From: Candidatus Dormiibacterota bacterium
GTDB taxonomy: Bacteria; Chloroflexota; Dormibacteria; Aeolococcales; Bog-877
DNA: 64,000 bases
Direction of reading: 5' to 3'
NCBI GenBank assembly: GCA_035531555.1
Contig: DATKSR010000053.1
Location: forward strand, 6,497-70,496
Every line of letters begins with the position of its first letter. The stretch's first letter is position 1. The position numbers and the translations under genes are program-made. The notes under the pieces are model-generated. The model ran no database searches. It was not told where the DNA came from and saw nothing but the letters and a program-made list of their open reading frames with translations. This document shows, piece by piece, positions 56,992 to 64,000 of this stretch.

Positions 56992-58532
56992 GTTCACCGA
57001 TCGCCCTGCTGGGAGTGGACGACAAGGCGCAGCTCCCGGAGTTCGCTCGGGGTCTTCACCGCCTGGGATTCGAACTTCTCGCTACCGGCGGCACCGAACG
57101 GGTGCTCCGAGGGGCAGGACTGCCGGTCACCTCGGTGGCCTCGGTCACCGGGGTGGAGGAGATGCTGGAGGGCCGCGTCAAGACGCTGCATCCGGCGATT
57201 CACGCCGGCATCCTGGCTCGGCGGGACCGACCTGAGGACATGGCCACGCTGGAGCGGCTCGGATTCCGGCCAATCGACCTGGTGGTGGTCAACCTGTACC
57301 CCTTCGCGAAGGTGGTGGCGGCGGGCTCGGGGCAAGCGGAGGTGTTAGAGGCGATCGACATAGGTGGCCCCACCCTGCTGCGCGCGGCGGCCAAGAATTT
57401 CGCCAGTGTCGGGGTGGTCTCCTCCCCAGACCAGTACGAGTGGGTCCTGGCCGAGCTCGTCGCGGGTGGACTGAGCCCGGGGTCCCGCCGGCGCCTGGCG
57501 GCGGCCGTCTTCGAGCTGACCTCCACGTATGACGCGCTGGTTGGCGGCTACCTGACCGGGAATGCGGCGATCGGCACGGCTGACTGGCCCCCGCATTTCG
57601 CCCTTGGGGGCGAGCTCCGCCAGCCTCTCCGGTATGGCGAGAATCCACATCAGCCCGGCGCCTTCTACCAGATGGGCGCCAGCCCGTGGGGTTTGGCCGC
57701 GACCACCCAGTTGCAAGGCGGCCAGCTCTCCTATACCAACTGGTTGGATACCGACGCCGCTTGGCGGCTGGTGAGTGGTCTGGACGATTGCGCCGCGGTG
57801 GTGGTCAAGCACACCAATCCCTGCGGCGTGGCCCTGGCCCCGACGGCCGCTGAGGCCTTCCAGCGCGCCTACGACTGTGACCCGCGCTCCGCCTACGGCG
57901 GGATCGTCGCCCTCAACCGGGCACTCGGTGAGGAGGTCGCGGCCGCCCTCGCCAAGCATTTTCTGGAGTTGGTGATCGCACCGTCGGTGACGCCGGCCGG
58001 GATGGCCGTGCTGGCAGGACGGCAGCGGCTGCGGGTGCTCGCCATCTCCCCGGAACCGCCTCTTGGCGCGCCGCAGGACCTGGAGATCCGCAGCATCGCC
58101 GGTGGACTCCTGATTCAGTCAAAGGATCCGGCGGCTGACGATGAAGGGGAATTCCGAGTCGTCTCAAAGCGGCCGCCCACAGACGCCGAGTGGCGACAGC
58201 TCCGGCTGGCTTGGCGGATAGTGCGGGCGGTGAAGTCCAACGCCATCGTGCTCTGCCGCGACGATCAGGCGGTGGGAATCGGGGCGGGTCAGATGTCACG
58301 GGTCGAGGCGGTGGAGCTGGCGCTGCGCCGGGCCGGTGATCGCGGCCCCGGTACAGTCCTCGCCTCCGATGCCTTCTTCCCCATGCCTGACGGCCTCGAG
58401 ATCGCGGCACAAGGCGGTGTCTCCGCCGCTATACATCCGGGTGGCTCGATGCGGGATCCTCAGGTTCTGGCGGCGGCGGATGCAGCCGGAATGGCACTGA
58501 TCACCACCGGGCGGCGCCACTTCCGGCACTGA
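56988..58532 (+). CDS. purH: Bifunctional AICAR transformylase / IMP cyclohydrolase
   Basis: MGS-like N-domain (LLATGGT..VKTLHPAIHAGILA), VVKHTNPCGVA, and C-terminal GSMRD..TGRRHFRH. Confidence 0.95.
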   Translation: MSSPIALLGVDDKAQLPEFARGLHRLGFELLATGGTERVLRGAGLPVTSVASVTGVEEMLEGRVKTLHPAIHAGILARRDRPEDMATLERLGFRPIDLVVVNLYPFAKVVAAGSGQAEVLEAIDIGGPTLLRAAAKNFASVGVVSSPDQYEWVLAELVAGGLSPGSRRRLAAAVFELTSTYDALVGGYLTGNAAIGTADWPPHFALGGELRQPLRYGENPHQPGAFYQMGASPWGLAATTQLQGGQLSYTNWLDTDAAWRLVSGLDDCAAVVVKHTNPCGVALAPTAAEAFQRAYDCDPRSAYGGIVALNRALGEEVAAALAKHFLELVIAPSVTPAGMAVLAGRQRLRVLAISPEPPLGAPQDLEIRSIAGGLLIQSKDPAADDEGEFRVVSKRPPTDAEWRQLRLAWRIVRAVKSNAIVLCRDDQAVGIGAGQMSRVEAVELALRRAGDRGPGTVLASDAFFPMPDGLEIAAQGGVSAAIHPGGSMRDPQVLAAADAAGMALITTGRRHFRH

Positions 58533-58597
58533 CGTTCGGGAGACTGCACTCGGTTTTTGTGTATGTTGCCACCGGGGAGCGGTTGGAGGTTGGATCG

Positions 58598-59320
58598 ATG
58601 AGCATCTCGCGCAGGGGCACGATGTGGGCGTCCCAGGGGACCGCTCTGGCGCTGTTGGCGTTCCTCTACTTCGTGGACCTCTTCCTACCGTGGTCCCAGT
58701 CCTGTGTCTCTTCGATCATCACACCCTTCCAACCGGGACCCCGCACCGGGCCGTTCTCACCGAGTGCGGTCCATGCGTCGACCGTCCTCTGCCAACCGCA
58801 GATCTACGGTTGGGGCGGTGCCGGCACGGTGGCCGGTGTGCTGGTGGCGTTACTGGTGCTGTGGGAGGCTGCCCGGGTGGCCCGTCTCGCCGTGGGGGTG
58901 GGAGCCGGGTATCGCAGCCTGGTCAGCTCGGCGCTGGCCTTCGGGGTCCTGATCTTCACGATCGTGAACGTGGCGGCCCGGCTGACCTGGATGCACTCCG
59001 CCAATGGTTCCCTACTGTATGGCGGCACCTTCCTCTGGATTGCCCTGGCCCTGGCCATCCTGATCGCCGTTGGTGGCATCGCCCACTGGCGGATCTGGGA
59101 GGCAAACGCACCGCACCAAGGCGGGTCCGGCGGTTCCTCCACAGCCGCCGAGTCGATCACGATTCCGCCGCCGGCGCCGCCCCAGCCGCCCCCCGGGGTC
59201 TGCCCCAGCTGCGGGCGGGTAAACCCCCAGGACTCCCGGTTCTGCTCCGCCTGTGGCACGAGCCTGACCGAGCCAGCGCCGCGGCGACGAAGCGCTCGGA
59301 GGACTCCGCCTCCGGCCTGA
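58598..59320 (+). CDS. Membrane protein with a C-terminal zinc-ribbon
   Basis: ATG 58598 lies 9 nt after GGAGG. Four to five hydrophobic helices, a Pro-rich linker, then CPSCGRVNPQDSRFCSACG (CxxC..CxxC). Confidence 0.6.
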   Translation: MSISRRGTMWASQGTALALLAFLYFVDLFLPWSQSCVSSIITPFQPGPRTGPFSPSAVHASTVLCQPQIYGWGGAGTVAGVLVALLVLWEAARVARLAVGVGAGYRSLVSSALAFGVLIFTIVNVAARLTWMHSANGSLLYGGTFLWIALALAILIAVGGIAHWRIWEANAPHQGGSGGSSTAAESITIPPPAPPQPPPGVCPSCGRVNPQDSRFCSACGTSLTEPAPRRRSARRTPPPA

Positions 59321-59452
59321 CTGGGGCCGAAGCAACTGTCGGCGCGGTTATGGCGATGCACGTTTCCGTCGCCGTCTCGTCATTACGAAGTGATCTCGCG
59401 CTCGGACACTCGAGGTTGGCCCGGCGGGGCCGATGGGCAAGTGTTCACATAG

Positions 59453-60886
59453 GTGGAGCAGACGGTGAACGTGCGGCGCCAGTCGACCCCGGAGTGGAGG
59501 AGCCGTCCCTTCCTGAGCTTCGGACTCCGCGCCTTCGTCTTCGTCACCCCGGTGGCGGCCGGTCTTTGGGTCGTGGCCGAGCTCGCCTCCGTTTGGAGCC
59601 GTCCCGCGCAGATCGCGGAGCTCGTCGCCTGGTGGGCGTTGATCACCCTCGCGGGGCTCGGAACCCTGTTCTTGGTCGAGCGGGCTACCCGCCAGCTGCT
59701 CCCGCTGGCGGCGCTACTCCGACTCTCGCTTCTCTTCCCTGACCATGCCCCGGACCGCTTCGCGGTAGCCCGGCGTGCGGCGCGTCCGAAGCAGGTACTG
59801 CGGCAGTTGGAGGCTTTGGGCGAGGACGGCACCAGCGTGGAGGTGCAGGCGGCCCAGAAGGTGCTGGAACTCTCGGTCGCCCTCAGTGTTCACGACCGGG
59901 CCACCAGGGGTCACTCGGAACGGGTGCAGGTTTTGACGGACATGATCTCGCGGGAGCTTCACCTGCCCGAGCCTGATCGGGCCCGACTCAGGTGGGCCGC
60001 CCTCCTGCACGACATCGGCAAGCTCAAGGTGCCATCCCGGATCCTCAACAAGCCGGCCAAGCCGGACGCCCGAGAGTGGACGATCCTGCGGAGGCATCCC
60101 GCCGAGGGCGCCAGGATCGCGGCTCCGGTCCTGCCGTGGCTCGGAGTGTGGGGAGAGGCCGTGGCCCAGCACCACGAGTGGTACGACGGCACGGGGTATC
60201 CGGTCGGGCTTCGGGGGTCGGAGATCGCCAAGGCGGCTCGGGTCGTGGCGGTCGCCGACGTTTTCGAGGTGATCACCGCCCCTCGGCCCTACCGCCGACC
60301 AGTGAGCATCGCCCAGGCTCGCGAGGAGCTGGTCCGGGCCTCCGGAACCCAGCTCGATCCCAAGGTGATCCGAGCGTTCCTCAACGTCTCGGTCGGGGAG
60401 CTCTGGCCCGTCGTGGGCCTGGGCGCGATTCTCTGCCAGGTGCCGCTGGTCTCCCAGGCGTTCGGGATATTCAGTCGGGCGCTGCCGGGGCGGGGCGGCT
60501 CGACCGCGGCGGCCGGTGCGGCCGGGGCAATACTGGTCGCCGGTATCAGCCACCCCGCGGAGGTCCGCACGCTCCCCAGGGCCCCTGCCAGCGTCTCCCA
60601 GCCCACCCACTCCACTCCCCCCAACGAGTCCTCGCAGCCTGCCCAGGTCCCCAACCTGCCGGTGCAGGCCCCCGCCGCTGCGCTCCCCGGTCAGTCAGCT
60701 CAGGCCGACGCCTCAGAGACTGCATCCGGGCCAACCGTGGACGTCCCCACCCCCACCGTGCCTTCTCCGCCTCTCCCCACTCCCTTCACAGTGCCTGTGC
60801 CCACCCCCAGCCCGCTGCAGCTACCCGCACCGGTCCCCCAGCTCCTCTCCCAGATCCGGTCACTGCTGCAGCGCCTGGGGCTTTGA
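59453..60886 (+). CDS. HD-GYP domain phosphodiesterase with N-terminal TM helices and a Pro-rich C-terminal tail
   Basis: HSERV, LLHDIGKLKVP and HHEWYDGTGYPVGL are HD-GYP signature blocks. The last ~110 aa are Pro/Ala/Ser/Thr-rich. Confidence 0.8.
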   Translation: MEQTVNVRRQSTPEWRSRPFLSFGLRAFVFVTPVAAGLWVVAELASVWSRPAQIAELVAWWALITLAGLGTLFLVERATRQLLPLAALLRLSLLFPDHAPDRFAVARRAARPKQVLRQLEALGEDGTSVEVQAAQKVLELSVALSVHDRATRGHSERVQVLTDMISRELHLPEPDRARLRWAALLHDIGKLKVPSRILNKPAKPDAREWTILRRHPAEGARIAAPVLPWLGVWGEAVAQHHEWYDGTGYPVGLRGSEIAKAARVVAVADVFEVITAPRPYRRPVSIAQAREELVRASGTQLDPKVIRAFLNVSVGELWPVVGLGAILCQVPLVSQAFGIFSRALPGRGGSTAAAGAAGAILVAGISHPAEVRTLPRAPASVSQPTHSTPPNESSQPAQVPNLPVQAPAAALPGQSAQADASETASGPTVDVPTPTVPSPPLPTPFTVPVPTPSPLQLPAPVPQLLSQIRSLLQRLGL

Positions 60887-61027
60887 GCCCGGTGCGGCGC
60901 CCCCCTAGCTAGCCGCGTCCACCCGGGTCTTCGCCGTACATCCGGTGGGCCGGGGCGGTGATCATTAACTGGCCGACACAACTGTGCTCGGCCGGCTCGT
61001 GCCGCCCCTCGCCATCGGAGAGTTGCC

Positions 61028-61549
61028 ATGGACTTGACCCACCTCGCCATCCCCCCCTGGGACATCGTGGTCCGCTGCGTGAGCATTTACCTGGTCATGG
61101 TGGTCGGACTCCGAATCTTTGGTAAACGCGAACTTGGCCAGATGACCACCTTCGACCTGGTGCTGGTGTTGCTGGTCGCCAACGCGGTGCAGCCATCGAT
61201 GACTGGTCCCGACAGCTCTCTGGTGGGTGGTCTGCTGATCATCGGGACCCTGCTCGCCGTCAACTGGACTGTCGGTCAGGGACGCTTGCGCAGTGCCTTC
61301 ATCCGCGGACTGTTGCAGCCGCCGGCGACCGTCCTCGCTTCGAGTGGGCATTGGAATCCCGGTGCCTTGAGCAGCCAGGGACTGGATCAGCAGGATGCCG
61401 AGGAAGCACTGCGTGAGCACGGGGTGCAAGATGTCTCGGAGACAACGCGAGTGGAGTTGGAGCCCGACGGCTCAATCAGCGTGGTCTCCCGTGGCGGACC
61501 GGGTGCCGGTCGGCCCCGACGTCGCACCCGAGCTGTGAAGCGCCCTTGA
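61028..61549 (+). CDS. DUF421 (YetF-like) membrane protein
   Basis: VVRCVSIYLVMVVGLRIFGKRELGQMTTFDLVLVLLVANAVQ matches the DUF421 N-terminal pattern. Confidence 0.75.
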   Translation: MDLTHLAIPPWDIVVRCVSIYLVMVVGLRIFGKRELGQMTTFDLVLVLLVANAVQPSMTGPDSSLVGGLLIIGTLLAVNWTVGQGRLRSAFIRGLLQPPATVLASSGHWNPGALSSQGLDQQDAEEALREHGVQDVSETTRVELEPDGSISVVSRGGPGAGRPRRRTRAVKRP

Positions 61550-61559
61550 TCACATTCGG

Positions 61560-61875
61560 CTAGATGGCTTTGTCGCGCTGGCGCATCTGTCGTGTCAGCA
61601 AGAGCAGCCGGTGCCCTCGATCACCCGGGAGGATTAGTTGGACTTCGACATCCAGCGACAGTCCGATCCACCTGTGGTCGGCGGTGAGAGCCGCGGCATC
61701 CAAGCGCTGGGCAAGGGCCAAGCAAGCGCGGTCACCGAGAGACAATCCCCGACCCCTGGGGGCAGAGCGCAGCTGCGACTAGCGCATCAGCTTCGGTGAA
61801 GGGTTCCAAGTCCACCTCGGCGCCGGAGTTCACGCGGCTTGCCACGGCTCGGCAGGCTACCGGATCTGGAATCTC
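61560..61875 (-). pseudogene. Decayed PIN-domain (VapC-like) toxin gene
   Basis: ORF 61560..61745 encodes LSLGDRACLALAQRLDAAALTADHRW, the C-terminal PIN motif. The expected preceding segment VEVDLEPFTEADALVAAALCPQG is in a different frame (61875-61732). The N-terminal PIN Asp segment is not recoverable. Confidence 0.5.
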
Positions 61876-62098
61876 TTAGCACCCAAATCCTGAACGTCTC
61901 CCAGGCCCCTCCCAGAGGGGGCGCCGGGTTCCGTCGCGACCTGGCAGAAAGCAAGTTCTGAACTGCTCGGTACGGTTGCGTACGGTCGGTGGACACACTT
62001 GAGCTGGCTGTGGTAGAACGCGATAAGGTCGGCTTGGTGACAGCCCGGAGTCTTGAGCGGGCGCGGCCCGCCCCAATCGGTGTGCGGGAGGTGGTGCC

Positions 62099-63379
62099 AT
62101 GAGCACACGGCAGACGCACGGCAGGCGACCGAGCAGTGTGATCGCCTTGGGGGTGGCCACGCTCGTCGCCATGACGGCCATCGGCGAGGCGGTCGCGAGC
62201 ACTCCGGTCAGCGCCGCCAGCAAGCAGACGATCACCTTCGCCGAGTCCGGGCTGGGCAGCGAAGGTGCGCAGACCCAGAAGGCGATCAACGCATTCGAGA
62301 AGGCCAATCCGAGTATCAAAGTTCACATCCTGGTGCTTTCGCCCAACTCCACCACCTACCTGGCGCAGCTTGAGGATCGCTTCATCGCGGGCTCCAGCAG
62401 TCCGGACGTGATCGAGTCGGACGTCACCTACCCGGCCAAGTTCGCCAAGGCCGGTTGGATCAAGAATCTGGCCAGCTTCAAGCCGAACATGAAGCAGTTC
62501 TTCGCCACCGAGGTGGCCGCCGGAACGTACAAGGGCAAGACTTACGCGATTCCGTGGTTCGACAACCCGGAGGGTCTCTTCTACCGGACCGACCTGATCA
62601 AGACCCCGCCCAAGACGCCGGCCCAGGTCGTCTCCGACGCCGAGGCGGCGATGAAGGCGGATCCCTCGCTGAAGGAGGGAATCGCCTTTGAGGGAGCCAA
62701 GTACGAGGGTGCCATCACCGCCTTCGCCACCGTCGAGGGAGCGTTCGGGGGCAAGCTCAACCCAGAGGACCTCGACACTTCAGGCAATCGCCGAGCCCTC
62801 ACCTGGCTCTACGACGCGCTGTACGTCAACAAGATCGCCCCGCAAGCCGTCATCGGCTGGATGGAGGGGAACGTCGAGAGCGAGTTCCAAGCAGGGAATG
62901 CGGCCTTCGCCATCAACTATCCGTTCGTGGCCTCGACCGTGGCGAGCACGGGTGGTCCGGCCAAGGGCCACGTCGGTTACATCCCCTTCCCGGCTAATCC
63001 CGGGGGTACCCCAGGGTCGGCGTTGGGCGGTGAGATGCTGGCGATCAACTCCAAGACCACGCACTCCGCCGCAGCCTACAAGCTGATCCAGTACCTGGCC
63101 AGCAGCACCGTCGAGACCGCCCGAGCCATCGCGACCGGGGATCCGCCCTCGCTCCCCGCGGCGTACACCCCGGCGCTGATCTCCGCGGCGCCCTACTTCA
63201 AGCAGGTGGAGACTCTCAACAAGTACGCCCAGCCCCGTCCGGTCAGTCCTAACTACCTGCAGATCTCGTCTGATCTGCAGACCATGCTGTCCTCGGTCTT
63301 TTCCAACCTGACCAAGCCCGCCGCGGCGCTGGCCCAGACGGCACCGATCGTCAAGGCCGATGCAGCGGGCACCGGCTGA
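62099..63379 (+). CDS. Sugar ABC transporter substrate-binding protein (family 1)
   Basis: Signal-peptide-like N-terminus and family-1 SBP blocks (YKGKTYAIPWFDN, FAINYPF). It is followed by a MalF/UgpA-type permease. Confidence 0.85.
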   Translation: MSTRQTHGRRPSSVIALGVATLVAMTAIGEAVASTPVSAASKQTITFAESGLGSEGAQTQKAINAFEKANPSIKVHILVLSPNSTTYLAQLEDRFIAGSSSPDVIESDVTYPAKFAKAGWIKNLASFKPNMKQFFATEVAAGTYKGKTYAIPWFDNPEGLFYRTDLIKTPPKTPAQVVSDAEAAMKADPSLKEGIAFEGAKYEGAITAFATVEGAFGGKLNPEDLDTSGNRRALTWLYDALYVNKIAPQAVIGWMEGNVESEFQAGNAAFAINYPFVASTVASTGGPAKGHVGYIPFPANPGGTPGSALGGEMLAINSKTTHSAAAYKLIQYLASSTVETARAIATGDPPSLPAAYTPALISAAPYFKQVETLNKYAQPRPVSPNYLQISSDLQTMLSSVFSNLTKPAAALAQTAPIVKADAAGTG

Positions 63380-63432
63380 TTGCCGTTGCCAGGCAGTAGG
63401 GAACATCCAGTAACCAGGTAAGGGGGGCCGCC

Positions 63433-64000
63433 GTGGGCACCAGATCGGTGGCGCGGCGGCTCCGCCTGCCTTCTATAGGCGGCCCGCCGCCCATCGCGGG
63501 AGTCGCCCGCAAGGCCGATCGACGGCTGGGGTACGCCCTGGTCGCGCCGGCGGTGCTCCTGCTGCTGCTGGTCACCGGCTTTCCTCTCGCCTACAACCTC
63601 TGGAACTCCTTCCACAACGTCATCCTCAGCAACGCTGGGGCACCGCAGAACTTCGTCGGTCTGAAGAACTACGCGGAACTGTTCACCACTACCGGGTTTC
63701 CCCAGGCCCTGGCCCGAACCCTGGGCTTCATGGTGGTCTCGGTGGTGCTGGAGACGATCGCCGGGCTCGCCCTAGCCCTCATGCTTCACCGGGCCTTCCG
63801 CGGCCGCGGCCTGCTGCGCGCCGCCATTCTCATCCCCTGGGCCGTGCCCACGGTGGTTTCGGCGCTGCTCTGGACCACCATGTTCGACCCCCGGAGTGGC
63901 TTCGTTGACTACCTGCTGGGGATCCTCCACCTGCCGGGTTCCCAGACCACCTGGTTGGCCGGCGAGTGGACCGCCTGGGCGGCCGTGCTAGTGGCGGATG
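63433..64000 (+). CDS. Sugar ABC transporter permease (MalF/UgpA-like), 3' end beyond the window
   Basis: Own translation from GTG 63433: ..RRLGYALVAPAVLLLLLVTGFPLAYNLWNSFHN..LKNYAELF..LARTLGFMVVSVVLETIAGLALALML..AAILIPWAVPTVVSALLWTTMFDP.. The frame stays open to the window edge, so it is absent from the ORF track. Confidence 0.8.
   Translation, partial: MGTRSVARRLRLPSIGGPPPIAGVARKADRRLGYALVAPAVLLLLLVTGFPLAYNLWNSFHNVILSNAGAPQNFVGLKNYAELFTTTGFPQALARTLGFMVVSVVLETIAGLALALMLHRAFRGRGLLRAAILIPWAVPTVVSALLWTTMFDPRSGFVDYLLGILHLPGSQTTWLAGEWTAWAAVLVAD

Noticed and set aside
58533-58597. Intrinsic terminator after purH (..CGGGAGACTGCACTCGGTTTTTG..)
   Set aside because: A T-run is present, but the preceding sequence forms only a 3-4-bp imperfect stem. 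That is not enough to call a terminator.
58624-59742. 372-aa ORF spanning the zinc-ribbon gene, the spacer and the HD-GYP start
   Set aside because: It is an Arg/Gly/Pro-rich frame with no motifs. It overlaps two better-supported genes in other frames.
1-64000. CRISPR arrays, tRNA/rRNA genes, integrases or transposases, prophage or defence-island gene sets
   Set aside because: No regularly spaced direct repeats, no cloverleaf-like intergenic sequences and no recombinase, phage or defence-type domains appeared in any of the supplied ORFs or in the spacers I read. Small ncRNAs cannot be excluded without model-based scans.

Overview
This is a gene-dense bacterial chromosomal segment, roughly two-thirds G+C by eye, and its gene content looks Gram-positive or Actinobacteria/Chloroflexi-like. 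I could support about 55 genes. I saw no rRNA, tRNA, CRISPR array, transposase or integrase.

Most of the window is core metabolism:
- Purine genes: guaB3-like, guaA and purD at 35.5-39.6 kb, then a contiguous purB-C-S-Q-L-F-M-N-H operon at 48.3-58.5 kb.
- Cell wall genes: a murF-like/ddl pair.
- Other housekeeping genes: ilvE, glycerate kinase, infA, threonine aldolase, glutamate dehydrogenase, and a homogentisate dioxygenase-like/FAH pair.
- Transport: a Dpp/Opp-type peptide ABC system, plus the start of a sugar ABC system at the right edge.
- Regulation: two two-component pairs, an orphan OmpR-type regulator, an ECF sigma/anti-sigma pair, a GGDEF cyclase and an HD-GYP phosphodiesterase.
- Also a sortase and a two-subunit biotin carboxylase system.

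The accessory content is small. There is one intact vapBC pair bracketed by a 15-bp direct repeat, and one decayed PIN-toxin remnant.

I did not find a clear multi-gene novel system. The observations most worth follow-up are:
1. An OadA/PycB-like carboxyltransferase-BCCP protein in which three of the four canonical metal-site residues are replaced, while its biotin carboxylase partner looks intact.
2. A 205-aa tandem-module protein with an Arg-rich tail, translationally coupled to an epimerase and divergent from the GGDEF gene.
3. A highly repetitive Arg/Thr/Ala basic protein with a central coiled coil.
4. A MurF-like ligase whose N-terminal domain is replaced by a polytopic membrane region.
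5. A peptide ABC operon whose two ATPase genes sit as an inverted block.

Three reading-frame breaks all fall in or beside G/C homopolymer runs, so assembly indels are at least as likely as true pseudogenes. All calls rest on motif recognition by eye from the supplied ORF translations. No database search was run.
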